64,000 bases of DNA from an uncultured Spirochaetales bacterium (GTDB lineage Bacteria > Myxococcota_A > UBA9160 > SMWR01). The DNA lies in contig CAYPSI010000120.1 of NCBI GenBank assembly GCA_964413375.1, positions 4,607 through 68,606 on the forward strand, in the 5' to 3' direction. Below are positions 35,440 to 43,963 of this stretch, piece by piece; the first letter of the stretch is position 1, and each line of letters starts with the position of its first letter. A program made the position numbers and the translations under genes. The notes under the pieces were generated by a model. That model was not told where the DNA came from, did not search any database, and saw only the letters and a program-made list of their open reading frames with translations.

Positions 35440-36213
35440 ATGAGCCCCCTCGCAGCGGCGCGACCTCGGATTCGCGTCGCGCTTCGCAGACGCGCCAGGC
35501 TGCTCGCCGCCCTCGCCATCGCGTTGCTCGCCGCCGGATGCGCGGGCCGCAACACCGTCCTCGGTGGCTACAAAGGGGCGGCGGCGGTGCGCGAGGTCGT
35601 GCTCCTCCCGCTGAACGTCGTGGTCCCGCTGCCCCCGGGTCTCGAGGCAGCCGCCCCCTTCGTCGAAGAGGAGATCCGCAAGTACCTCGACTCGCACGGC
35701 AAGCGCGTGCAGTTGCTGACCGGCGAGGAAGCGCAGGTTGCCTGGCTCGCGAGCGCCCAGGCGCTCAAGGCAGAGGTCGGAGCGTCGCAGATGAGCTTCG
35801 AGGGAGCCGCTGCGATCCTCGCGAAGCAGCTGCATGCGGAGCGCCCTTTCGACGCCCTCGTGCTGCCGTGGATCGCGCTGCGGCCGGCGAAGGTGCGCGG
35901 GCGAACGGTCAGCTGGGACGGCGTTACCCGGACACTCCGGATCGTGAACCCGGAGGGCCGCAGCCTCCAGGTGCTGAAGGACCTGGAAGCCCAGGCCGCG
36001 GCCCCGTCTCTTCAGCTCGCCGTGTTCGCGCCCGACGGCCGCAAGCTCTTCGAGGGCTTGGGAGGCCTCGACCTGCTCCACGCACTCGTCCTCGAAGGCG
36101 AGCCGACCCGGATCGACGCCGAGCTGCTGCCGCGTTCACAGATCTTCGCCGACCGCAGTTCCCTCCAAGAGGGCGTCGCGGTCGCCTTCGACCCCTTCCT
36201 GCCGAAACGCTAG
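35440..36213 (+). CDS. lipoprotein, function unknown
   Basis: MSPLAAARPRIRVALRRRARLLAALAIALLAAGC has the lipobox LAAGC. The track start is 35422. Confidence 0.55.
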   Translation: MSPLAAARPRIRVALRRRARLLAALAIALLAAGCAGRNTVLGGYKGAAAVREVVLLPLNVVVPLPPGLEAAAPFVEEEIRKYLDSHGKRVQLLTGEEAQVAWLASAQALKAEVGASQMSFEGAAAILAKQLHAERPFDALVLPWIALRPAKVRGRTVSWDGVTRTLRIVNPEGRSLQVLKDLEAQAAAPSLQLAVFAPDGRKLFEGLGGLDLLHALVLEGEPTRIDAELLPRSQIFADRSSLQEGVAVAFDPFLPKR

Positions 36214-36354
36214 GCCCTGCGCGATCCGGGCCCCGGCGAATCGATCGAACTCCTTCGACGCAGGAGACGCTTCGCAATCACCGCGTACGCCGCCCGGCTC
36301 GGTCGATCCAGCGGCGCATGATAGGATCCCTGCTGCGCGCGCGGGAGGGAAGAG

Positions 36355-37578
36355 ATGCCGCCTCACGTGATCGTGGTCGGTGCGGGGCCGGCGGGGGCGC
36401 TGCTCGCCTACCTGCTCGCGCGCCGCGCGCTTTCGGTGACGCTGCTCGAGCGCACGCGCGATTTCGCGCGAGAGTTCCGCGGCGAGGTGCTGATGCCGAG
36501 CGGCCTCGATGCGCTCGATCAGACCGGCCTGTGGACCGAAGTCGATGCGGTTCCCCACGTGCCGCTGCGCGCGGTCGAGTTCTACCTGAACGGGGTGCGC
36601 CGGCTTCGGCAGGAGCTTCCGGCCGAGGCCTTCGGTCGCCACCGACCGCGCTGGATGTCGCAGCCCGAGCTGCTCGAGATGCTCGTGGCGCAGGCCGCCC
36701 GCCATCCCGGCTTCCGCTTCGAGCGCGGCGCGACGGTGCGCGGCCTCTGCGAACAGGCTGGCCGGGTGCGCGGCGTACGCGTGCTCCAGGCCGACGGCAG
36801 CGAGTGCGAGCTCGACGCGGATCTGGTCGTCGGGACGGACGGACGCTCGTCGACGGTGCGCCGGCGCGCCGGGCTTCCCGAACGGGCCGACCGCGTCCCG
36901 ATCGACATCGTCTGGTGCCGGCTGCCGCGCCCGGACTTTCTGGCCGAGGACGAGCACTTCCGCTTCTACGTCGGGAACGGACATCTGCTGCTGGCCGCGC
37001 CCGTCCCGGGCGGCCTGCTCCAGATCGGGTGGATCATCTCGAAGGGGGCCTACGGGGACCTGCGCCAGCGCGGCATCGCCGAATGGCTCGACGAGATGAA
37101 GATGCACGTCTCGCCGGACCTGGCAGAGCACCTGCGCCGCCACCGCGATCGGGCGAGCCTTCCCTTTCTGCTGTCCACCGTCTCGGACCGGGCGCTCGCG
37201 TGGAGCCGACCCGGCGTCCTCGTGCTGGGCGATGCGGCGCACACGATGTCGCCGGTCGGAGCCCAGGGGATCAACCTCGCGCTGCGCGATGCGGTCGAGG
37301 CCGCGAACCAGCTGGTCCCGGCGCTCGAGTCCGGGGCGAACCCGGCCGCCCTCGACGCCGCCTGCCGGCAGGTCGAGGCGCTGCGCCTGCCCGAGGTGCG
37401 CTCGATCCAGCGCCTCCAGGCCCTTCCGCCGCGGATCCTCTTCCGGCGCACCTGGTGGGCACGGCTCGTGCTGGAACTCGTACCGCGGCTCCTCGGCTCG
37501 GACATCACGCGCGCCCGTCGCGGATCGGTCTTTCGCCGCTTCGCGTTCGGTGTGACCGAGGTGAGGCTGCGCGTCTGA
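36355..37578 (+). CDS. FAD-dependent monooxygenase (UbiH/PHBH-like aromatic hydroxylase family)
   Basis: VIVVGAGPAGALLAYLLARR (GxGxxG), DLVVGTDGRSS, LVLGDAAHTMSPVGAQGINLALRDA. RBS is GGGAGGGAAGAG. Confidence 0.8.
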   Translation: MPPHVIVVGAGPAGALLAYLLARRALSVTLLERTRDFAREFRGEVLMPSGLDALDQTGLWTEVDAVPHVPLRAVEFYLNGVRRLRQELPAEAFGRHRPRWMSQPELLEMLVAQAARHPGFRFERGATVRGLCEQAGRVRGVRVLQADGSECELDADLVVGTDGRSSTVRRRAGLPERADRVPIDIVWCRLPRPDFLAEDEHFRFYVGNGHLLLAAPVPGGLLQIGWIISKGAYGDLRQRGIAEWLDEMKMHVSPDLAEHLRRHRDRASLPFLLSTVSDRALAWSRPGVLVLGDAAHTMSPVGAQGINLALRDAVEAANQLVPALESGANPAALDAACRQVEALRLPEVRSIQRLQALPPRILFRRTWWARLVLELVPRLLGSDITRARRGSVFRRFAFGVTEVRLRV

Positions 37579-37610
37579 GCGGAAGGCGAATCGCGCTGCT
37601 TCGCGACCCG

Positions 37611-38330
37611 GTGCCCGGGAGCGCCGCTCTCGATACGGCCGCGTCGCGCGAGATCCTGGATGAGGTCGCGCGCGGCGAGAGGCCGGAGACGCTGCGGCTG
37701 TGGTGCCCGGCCGACGCGCTCGCCTTCTCGGTGCTGGACCGCACGCGCCCGGGCTTTCCCGAGGCCGTCGCTGCGGCACGCGCCGCGGGCTTCGAGCCCT
37801 TCCTGCGCCTGGCCGGAGGACATGCCGCGGTGTATGCCCGGGAGGTGCTGGCCTTTGCCTGGGTGATCCCCGCGCCGGACCCCCGCGTCGGGATCGCCGA
37901 GCGCTTCGAAGAGGTGGCCGGCTTCGTCGTCGCGGCGCTTCGCGCACTCGGCGTCGAGGCCCGGATCGGAGAGGTGCCGGGCGAGTACTGCCCGGGGAGC
38001 CACAGCGTGAACGCCCGCGGGTGCGTGAAGCTGATGGGCGTGGGCCAACGCGTGGTACGCGGCGCGGCCTACGTGGGCGGCGCCATCGTCGCGGGCGGTA
38101 GCGATCGACTGCGCGGCGTCCTGCGACCCGTCTACGCCGCGCTCGAGCTCCCCTTCGACCCGAAGGCCCTCGGCAGCGTCGAGGACGAGCGTGCCGGCAC
38201 GGGGCCAGACGAAGTCGCGCTGGCGCTGCTCGCCGTCCTCGCCCGCCACACCACGCTCGAGCCGGGAAGCCTCGACCCGGAGCTCCTCTCCCGCGCGGAG
38301 CTCACGCAAGCGCGCTACGCCGTCGCGTGA
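37611..38330 (+). CDS. lipoate/biotin protein ligase (LplA/LipB-fold) family protein
   Basis: Last part of track ORF 35145..38330. ETLRLWCPADALAFS, AGGHAAVY and GCVKLMGVGQRVVRGAAYVGG fit the conserved Lys motif pattern. The N-terminus is uncertain. The GTG at 37611 is the only canonical start after the upstream stop, and it truncates the expected N-terminal strand. Confidence 0.55.
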   Translation: MPGSAALDTAASREILDEVARGERPETLRLWCPADALAFSVLDRTRPGFPEAVAAARAAGFEPFLRLAGGHAAVYAREVLAFAWVIPAPDPRVGIAERFEEVAGFVVAALRALGVEARIGEVPGEYCPGSHSVNARGCVKLMGVGQRVVRGAAYVGGAIVAGGSDRLRGVLRPVYAALELPFDPKALGSVEDERAGTGPDEVALALLAVLARHTTLEPGSLDPELLSRAELTQARYAVA

Positions 38331-38965
38331 CGGGCTCCACGCGGAGACGACGGCGGGGCGCTGGCGCTCGGCAGCTCGCTTTCCGCCAGGCGCACCACCG
38401 TGATCGCCTCGTCGAGGCAGCGCAGCAAGCGGTTGTAGAGGTAGACCTTCACCGACTCCATCGACGCGAAGCCGAGCAGTGCCAGCACCGTCGCGACCAG
38501 CGCCGTCCCGAGCGCGCCGAGCTCGAGAGCCTGGTTGGAGAGATGCATCGAGAGCAGGCGCATCAGGATTCCGATCGTCGTCCCGGTGAAGCCGATCGGC
38601 GGGAGCAGGTTCGCGTACATCGAGATCGGGCGCGCGTAATGCGTCTCGTACTCGCCGAGCACGTACTGCTTGGTGGCGTCGAGCAGGAACTCGCGCGGAA
38701 GGCCTTCCGGCGCGCTGCCCTCGCGCTGCGACTGGCGCAGCACGCGGACGAAGAGCAGCGCGAGGGGCTCTCCAGCATTATTCGGGGCCTGGCGCCCGCG
38801 TCGCAGATCGGAGGCGTGGACGCGACGCGTGGCGGCGGCCGCGCGCAGGCACACCCGCATCCCGCGGTAGAAGGGGACCCATACCGCCGCGAGCGCCACG
38901 ATCCCCGCCAGGGTCGTGAGGCCCGCCTCGCTCGCCACCAGCTGCGTCAGCAATCCGTCGCCCAA
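38315..38965 (-). CDS. MotA/TolQ/ExbB-family proton-channel protein (3 TM)
   Basis: Three TM segments. The family-typical loop/TM2 motif is MYANLLPPIGFTGTTIGILM, followed by TM3 LGALGTALVATVLALLGFA. Confidence 0.65.
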   Translation of the reverse strand: MGDGLLTQLVASEAGLTTLAGIVALAAVWVPFYRGMRVCLRAAAATRRVHASDLRRGRQAPNNAGEPLALLFVRVLRQSQREGSAPEGLPREFLLDATKQYVLGEYETHYARPISMYANLLPPIGFTGTTIGILMRLLSMHLSNQALELGALGTALVATVLALLGFASMESVKVYLYNRLLRCLDEAITVVRLAESELPSASAPPSSPRGARHATA

Positions 38966-38980
38966 AGCACTTCTCCTTGC

Positions 38981-39511
38981 TCAGCCCCGCCACTTGCGTC
39001 GGCGCAGGGCCTCGATCGCGGTTCCCAGCGGGCTCTGTTCCCCGACCGGGTAGTCGACGAGCAGGCTCTCGCGGCCCGCGTAGCGGCGCGCCAGCTCGTC
39101 GAGTTCGTGCTGCACGCGCCCGGTGTCGCGAAGCTCGACGAGCAGCTCGGCCTCGAGCAGGCGCAGGCTCGCGTCGAGCGCCATCAGCTCCGCATGGCGA
39201 CTCTGCCACTCGCTGCGCAGCAGCGGGGCGAGGTGACGCGCGAGGTAGGCCTGGAGGAAGCTCCCGAAGAGCATCGATCCGTTGCGGTCCTCGCGCCGAC
39301 GCAGGTCCAGCAGCGTCGTGCGCTGGTGCACCATGTCGCGGTAGGCGCGCTCCATCTCGCGGCGCCGTTGAGCCAGCGCCGCGCCACCCAGCGGCGTCGT
39401 CTGCTCCTCGATCGTCTCCTCTCCATCGAAGGCGTGAAGGGGATCGGGCGCAGTCGCGCAGCCGGCGAGTGCGGTCGCGACGAGCGCGAGAGCCCGGAGA
39501 CGATGCAGCAT
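38981..39511 (-). CDS. helical lipoprotein, function unknown
   Basis: C-terminal part of track ORF 38981..39985. ATG 39511 follows GAGGAGGG. MLHRLRALALVATALAGC has the lipobox LAGC. The remainder is predicted helical and charged. Confidence 0.6.
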   Translation of the reverse strand: MLHRLRALALVATALAGCATAPDPLHAFDGEETIEEQTTPLGGAALAQRRREMERAYRDMVHQRTTLLDLRRREDRNGSMLFGSFLQAYLARHLAPLLRSEWQSRHAELMALDASLRLLEAELLVELRDTGRVQHELDELARRYAGRESLLVDYPVGEQSPLGTAIEALRRRKWRG

Positions 39512-39546
39512 GGCACGACCCTCCTCGCAGAAGCGCTTCCGGTCGC

Positions 39547-41544
39547 TCACGAGCGCGACTCGAAATACATCCGGCGCAGCAGCGTGTGCACCGGGTGGTC
39601 CCGCCGCGCGCGCAGCTCGTCGGAGAGCCCCTGCGTGGCACGCGCCGCCCGGTAGGCCGGGAGCGCGCGCGCGCGGGCCTCGACCTGCGACTCGAGGTTC
39701 TCGAGCAGCGCCGCCAGCTCGACCCGCTCGCGCACTCGGTCGTTCCGATCGAGGATCTCGGCAGCCGCCGCGGGCGGCGCCGCCACCTCCGGGTCGCTTC
39801 CGCCGAGCGCGGCGAGCCGCGCCCGGGCCTGGTCGCGCTCCGCGCGGAGCGCGACGAGCCCGCGCTCGAGCTCCTCCACGCCCATCCCCTCCGCGAAGCC
39901 GAGGTGCAGGATCGCTTCGCTGTTCGCGAGCCCCGCGCGCACCCCCGCGATCTGCTCCGCACCGGCCTGCCCCTGCTCGACCCACGCGTCGACGACCTGC
40001 GAGCCCGTGACCCGCTCGGCCACCGCGCGCCCGAGAGCCAGGAACTCGCTCTCGCGGCCCTGGTTCTGGAGCGCGGCACCGAGCGCCGGCCAGAGCCGAC
40101 GCTCGAAGGGGAAGAGCAGCAGGGCCTGCCGGTACGCCTGCGTCGCGAGCTCGATCTCCGCCTGGGTCGGGTGCGCCGCGTACGCGAAGAAGGCGTCCCC
40201 GAGCCCTCGCGCCGCCTCGTGCGCGGCGAACCAGGCGGAATCCGGCACTCCCTGCTGGCCCGCCGTCTCGGCGAACTCCCGGAAGAAGGCGAGCATGCGC
40301 GCATGGATCCGCGCCGCGTTTCGGCTGTGGAGATCCGCCGCCTCGGGCTTCTCCGCCGCCAGTGCCAGATAGTGGTCCGCGGCGTTGAGCCCCGCCTCCT
40401 GGATCTCCTCCCAGAGGCCACGCATCGCCGCGAGATAGGCCGCGCGTCCGACGCCGGCGTAGCCGAGATCCTGCCAGCCCTCTCCCTCGGCGCCGCGGAG
40501 CTCGCGGTAGACGGCGATCGCGCCTTCGATGTCGAAGGGGAGCGCGATCTCGGGATCCGCGCCGAGCCGCTGCTTCGCGGCGTAGACCTCGCCGATCAGG
40601 CGCAGCGCCCGCGTATGCACGGCGCAGCGACCCTGCGCGGTGTCCGCGCGCTCGAGCGCGCGCTCGTAGGCCGCTCCCGCCACGCGGATCGCTTCGGAGG
40701 TCTTGGGCTCGAAGCCCTTCTCCGCGAGCAGTCCGCGCGCGCGATCGTGATGCTTCGCCGCCTCGAAGAGCGCGAGCGTGAAGGTGAGGCTCCCCGCGTC
40801 GGACTCCGGGCCGTCGAGCCTCGCCACGATCCGCTCGACGTAAGCGCGCGAGGAGGCCTCCCGCGGAACCACGCGCGGGTGGGCACCCACGCGCCCGTCG
40901 AGGAGCATCCGGACCACCGCGCCGAGCGGGTCGAGACCGCGATCGATCCCGCGCTCCTGGCTGCGGATCAAGATCAGCCGCGCGACGTTCTCGTAGACGT
41001 AGGGGAGTGCCGCGACGAAACCCGCGCCGGTTCTTTCGTCCAGCGCGAGCGCCCGAAGCGCCTCGAAAGAACCCTCGAGAGGAACCACCACCTCGAGCCA
41101 GAGAGAAAGCACCTCCGCGACGAAGTCGTGACGGCGCCCGGTGGCCAGCGCCTCGTGGGCCAGAACCGTGTGGTGCCAGTAGCGGTTCTCGTGGCGCCCG
41201 AGCCAGCGCTCGAGTGCGTGCGCGGCGCGCACGCTGCGCTCCAACGCCTCCGCATCTCCGGTGGCGAGGTGTTGCAGCAGCCAGGCGATCGCCGTGCGGC
41301 GCGTTGCGGTCTCTTCGAGCGATGCTGCGTCGGCCGCGCCGCCGTAGCCCGCGAGCACGCGCTCGAAGGGAGTCCCCGCCTCGCGCCCGTACTGCTCGAG
41401 CCTCGCGCTCAATGCGCCGGGATCTGCCGACGAGTAGACGTAGGCGTAGTCGAGGTAGGCGTCCCAGGCCGTCCCCTCGTCCGCGGCGGACGGGAGCGAC
41501 GCGCAGACTGCCGCCAGGAAGATGGCCAAGAGCGTGCTTCTCAT
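39547..41544 (-). CDS. 665-aa secreted all-helical (TPR-like) protein with C-terminal coiled coil, function unknown
   Basis: C-terminal two-thirds of track ORF 39547..42927. ATG 41544 overlaps the upstream stop as ATGA. Signal peptide MRSTLLAIFLAAVCASLPSAA. It shows Ala/Leu/Arg-rich helical repeats and then ERDQARARLAAL...LENLESQVEARARAL. Confidence 0.6.
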   Translation of the reverse strand: MRSTLLAIFLAAVCASLPSAADEGTAWDAYLDYAYVYSSADPGALSARLEQYGREAGTPFERVLAGYGGAADAASLEETATRRTAIAWLLQHLATGDAEALERSVRAAHALERWLGRHENRYWHHTVLAHEALATGRRHDFVAEVLSLWLEVVVPLEGSFEALRALALDERTGAGFVAALPYVYENVARLILIRSQERGIDRGLDPLGAVVRMLLDGRVGAHPRVVPREASSRAYVERIVARLDGPESDAGSLTFTLALFEAAKHHDRARGLLAEKGFEPKTSEAIRVAGAAYERALERADTAQGRCAVHTRALRLIGEVYAAKQRLGADPEIALPFDIEGAIAVYRELRGAEGEGWQDLGYAGVGRAAYLAAMRGLWEEIQEAGLNAADHYLALAAEKPEAADLHSRNAARIHARMLAFFREFAETAGQQGVPDSAWFAAHEAARGLGDAFFAYAAHPTQAEIELATQAYRQALLLFPFERRLWPALGAALQNQGRESEFLALGRAVAERVTGSQVVDAWVEQGQAGAEQIAGVRAGLANSEAILHLGFAEGMGVEELERGLVALRAERDQARARLAALGGSDPEVAAPPAAAAEILDRNDRVRERVELAALLENLESQVEARARALPAYRAARATQGLSDELRARRDHPVHTLLRRMYFESRS

Positions 41545-42635
41545 CCCTCGTGAAGCTCCCTTCGCATCCCGCGCGCGAGGCAATCGAGCGCCAGGGTCAG
41601 CTCCTCGCAGCGGTCCCCGGCGCGCCGCATCGGCGAGCGCTCGACCCAGAGGAGGAATGCGTTCACGTTCTTCGTCTCGACGAAACGCCAGGTACCGGCT
41701 TCGCTCGTGCACTCTTCGGGCCTCGCTACCGATGCGACGACGCGCTGGCGCAGCGCATCTTCCTCGCGGTCCGACAGGCAGGCCGCGAGGGCGGCGAGCG
41801 AGACGCCCTGCAGCTTCGAGCTCGCCGGCGTGGCAACGCTCGGAGACGCGGGCGGCGGCGGCGTGGGCGCGAGCGCGCGCCCGCTGGAAGGAGCCGGAGA
41901 CGCCGAGCCGGGAGAGGCCTGCGCGAAGCGCGGAGGGACGAGTGCTTGAGGCCGCGACGAGGCGGCGCGCGGCGACTCGCCCGCGCGTTCCCGGCGCGGC
42001 GCGCGCGACGAAAGCTCCGGCGATGCAGCCAACGCGAGCGGCGGAGCCAGCGGCGCTGCGAGATCCGCGAGCGTGCGCATCGCGCGGGGCGGCGCGCGGC
42101 GCGGGGCGACGCGCGGCGCAACGACAGTCTCGAGCGGCAGCGCGGCCACGCGCAGCGGCTCCGGCGCGATGACCGGTCGCACCGGCTCTCGCACCGTCCG
42201 CGCGGCCTCGGGTGCGGGCGGTGGCACTGACGACACGAGCCGAGCCGGCGCCGGATCGACGGCTCTCGCGACGAGCGGCTGCGCAGGCGGAGGCAGCTCC
42301 GGCTCTGGCAGAGCGGCCTCCGGCGGCGGGAGCTTCTCGGGCAGGTCGGGTGCGAGCGAGGCGATCTCCACCAGCAGCTCGGCGGGAGGCTCGAGCCAGA
42401 CCATCTCGCGCTCCGAGGGCTCGTCGAAGACGCTTGCGAGTGCCAGCAGCAACGCGAACGCCGCGCCGGCGAACGCTCCGCCGCGCAGCAGCGCACACAG
42501 CCCTCCCGCGCTCCCGAGCTCGCGCAGCGCGGTCCGCAGCCCCGCCGCGCTCGACGCCGAAGCGTGTGGCGAGGCCGGCAACGCGAGCCGCGCAGCGCCA
42601 AAGCCGTACTGAGCGACCAGACGCGCGTTCGTCAC
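41541..42635 (-). CDS. TonB-like proline-rich membrane-anchored protein with non-TonB C-terminal 4-Cys domain
   Basis: In frame with track ORF 41541..43055. The GTG at 42635 overlaps the upstream stop as GTGA. Single TM GGAFAGAAFALLLALASVF. Pro-rich spacer LPEKLPPPEAALPEPELPPPAQP...PPPAPE...PPPPASP. C-terminal roughly 90 aa: ACLSDREEDALRQRVV...ECTSEAGTWRFVETKNVNAFLLWVE...DRCEELTLALDCLARG. Confidence 0.55.
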   Translation of the reverse strand: MTNARLVAQYGFGAARLALPASPHASASSAAGLRTALRELGSAGGLCALLRGGAFAGAAFALLLALASVFDEPSEREMVWLEPPAELLVEIASLAPDLPEKLPPPEAALPEPELPPPAQPLVARAVDPAPARLVSSVPPPAPEAARTVREPVRPVIAPEPLRVAALPLETVVAPRVAPRRAPPRAMRTLADLAAPLAPPLALAASPELSSRAPRRERAGESPRAASSRPQALVPPRFAQASPGSASPAPSSGRALAPTPPPPASPSVATPASSKLQGVSLAALAACLSDREEDALRQRVVASVARPEECTSEAGTWRFVETKNVNAFLLWVERSPMRRAGDRCEELTLALDCLARGMRRELHEG

Positions 42636-43084
42636 TGGGGGCTTGGCAGCCGATCGACGAGCGCGAGGCGGACGCCGGGCCAGTCGATCTCGAGCAGGCT
42701 CGCCGCCGCGAGCAGATCGCTGCTGCGCGAGTCCTCGTGGGGTGCGAGCAGAGGACGTTCCGCCCGGGCATCTCGCAGCGCATGCAGACGCGCCCGCAGC
42801 TCGCCCTCGGCAAGGCGCTCGGAAGCTCCCTCGTTGCCGCGCACGAGCGCGAAGGGCGGCGCCGCCGCCTCCGGAGCGTAGACGCGCAGCTGCCAGCGAT
42901 CGCCCGCGCGGGCCGAGAGCGCGGCACCCGACTCGCGCGCGATCTGAGGCACCTCGAACTCGCCGAGCTTCGGCGCCGAGGCCGCGTCGGGATCCACCTG
43001 AGTGAGCATCACGAGCGTCAGGAACGAGGTGAGATCCACGAAGGAGAAGAGCCACGCGGGAGCCCCGTCACTGGATCGCGACAT
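42632..43084 (-). CDS. ExbD/TolR-family protein
   Basis: ATG 43084 is in frame with track ORF 42632..43261. The N-terminal TM carries the conserved Asp (WLFSFVDLTSFLTLVMLT). The periplasmic domain pattern is FEVPQIA...WQLRVY...LLAPHEDSRSSDLLAAASLLEIDWPGVRLALV. Confidence 0.6.
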   Translation of the reverse strand: MSRSSDGAPAWLFSFVDLTSFLTLVMLTQVDPDAASAPKLGEFEVPQIARESGAALSARAGDRWQLRVYAPEAAAPPFALVRGNEGASERLAEGELRARLHALRDARAERPLLAPHEDSRSSDLLAAASLLEIDWPGVRLALVDRLPSPQ

Positions 43085-43202
43085 GGAAGAAGTAGCGGCA
43101 ATGCGCACCGCCACCCGGTGAGCCGCGTCACGCAGCACTCGCGCCGCTCGCGCGATGCAGCCAACACGCAATCGGAATCCACCCGATGGGAGCCCCTCCC
43201 CG

Positions 43203-43955
43203 ATGCGATCTTCCCGCCTCGGAGTCCATGCCCTGCTCTTGCTGATCGGGCTTGCTGGCACACTGCCGGCCCCTGCCGCCCGCGCCGGCGACGTCTACGC
43301 CTCCGCCACGCTCGCGATCTCCACCGGCGAGGGACGCGCGGGAGGCAGCACTCCCTTCTTCGCCAACGGCGGCAGCGACACGGACTCGTCGCCCGCGTAT
43401 GGCCTCGCTGCGGGCTTCGCGATCCCCTTCGAGGAAATCTTCCCGGATCGCCGCACAGCGATCTCGGACTGGTCCGTGCGGGTCGAGCTCGAGGGTCTCG
43501 CTGGGCGCGACTACGAGCTGCGTGCGCAGGGAGCCGAGCCCTACCTCTCCGAGGTCTACACCTGGACACTGATGCAGAACGTCTGGCTCGACGTACCCCT
43601 CGAGCGGCCGATCGCACATTTCTTCGGGCGCATCCCCGTGCTGGCGCCGCTCTCCTTCTCGCTCGGCGCCGGGATCGGGCTCGGCGCGAACGACGTCACG
43701 ACGACGGACAACGTCTCCAAGGGGAGCAGCGTCTCCTACGCCTTCGCCTGGCAGGCCGGCGCGGGCATCGGCTACGCGCTCACGCGCAACGTCCACATCG
43801 GCCTCGCCTATCGCTATCTCGACCCGGGCCAGGTGGAGCTCGATCTGAGCGCGGGGCAGACCCCCTTCGGAAGCTTCGAGCTCGATCTCTCCGCTCACGA
43901 GGTTGCGACCACCCTGCGCGTATCCTTCTACCCGGTGCCGCTGCGCGGGCGCTGA
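43203..43955 (+). CDS. outer-membrane beta-barrel protein (OmpW/opacity/porin-family-like)
   Basis: Signal peptide MRSSRLGVHALLLLIGLAGTLPAPAARA. It has alternating-hydrophobic strands (FAWQAGAGIGYAL, VHIGLAYRYL) and a C-terminal aromatic strand, TTLRVSFYP. Confidence 0.65.
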   Translation: MRSSRLGVHALLLLIGLAGTLPAPAARAGDVYASATLAISTGEGRAGGSTPFFANGGSDTDSSPAYGLAAGFAIPFEEIFPDRRTAISDWSVRVELEGLAGRDYELRAQGAEPYLSEVYTWTLMQNVWLDVPLERPIAHFFGRIPVLAPLSFSLGAGIGLGANDVTTTDNVSKGSSVSYAFAWQAGAGIGYALTRNVHIGLAYRYLDPGQVELDLSAGQTPFGSFELDLSAHEVATTLRVSFYPVPLRGR

Positions 43956-43963
43956 GCCGTCGC

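Noticed and set aside
35145-37610. Upstream 820 codons of the 1061-aa plus ORF 35145..38330
   Set aside because: This part is Arg/Pro-rich nonsense overlapping the lipoprotein and FAD-monooxygenase genes in other frames. Only the last roughly 240 codons (LplA-like) look like protein.
38977-41553. 858-aa plus ORF, and the 547-aa minus ORF 38778..40421
   Set aside because: They are shadow frames of the lipoprotein and the 665-aa helical-protein genes. They are low-complexity and R/E/A/P-rich.
41545-42927. N-terminal 460 codons of the 1126-aa minus ORF 39547..42927
   Set aside because: This part is Arg/Ala-rich read-through in a frame different from the TonB-like gene. The real 665-aa protein starts at ATG 41544 with a signal peptide and an ATGA overlap.
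42212-43963. N-terminal 584 codons of the 1432-aa plus ORF 42212..46510
   Set aside because: This part is antisense to the ExbD/TonB-like genes and out of frame with the OM-barrel gene. The secretin proper begins at GTG 43964.
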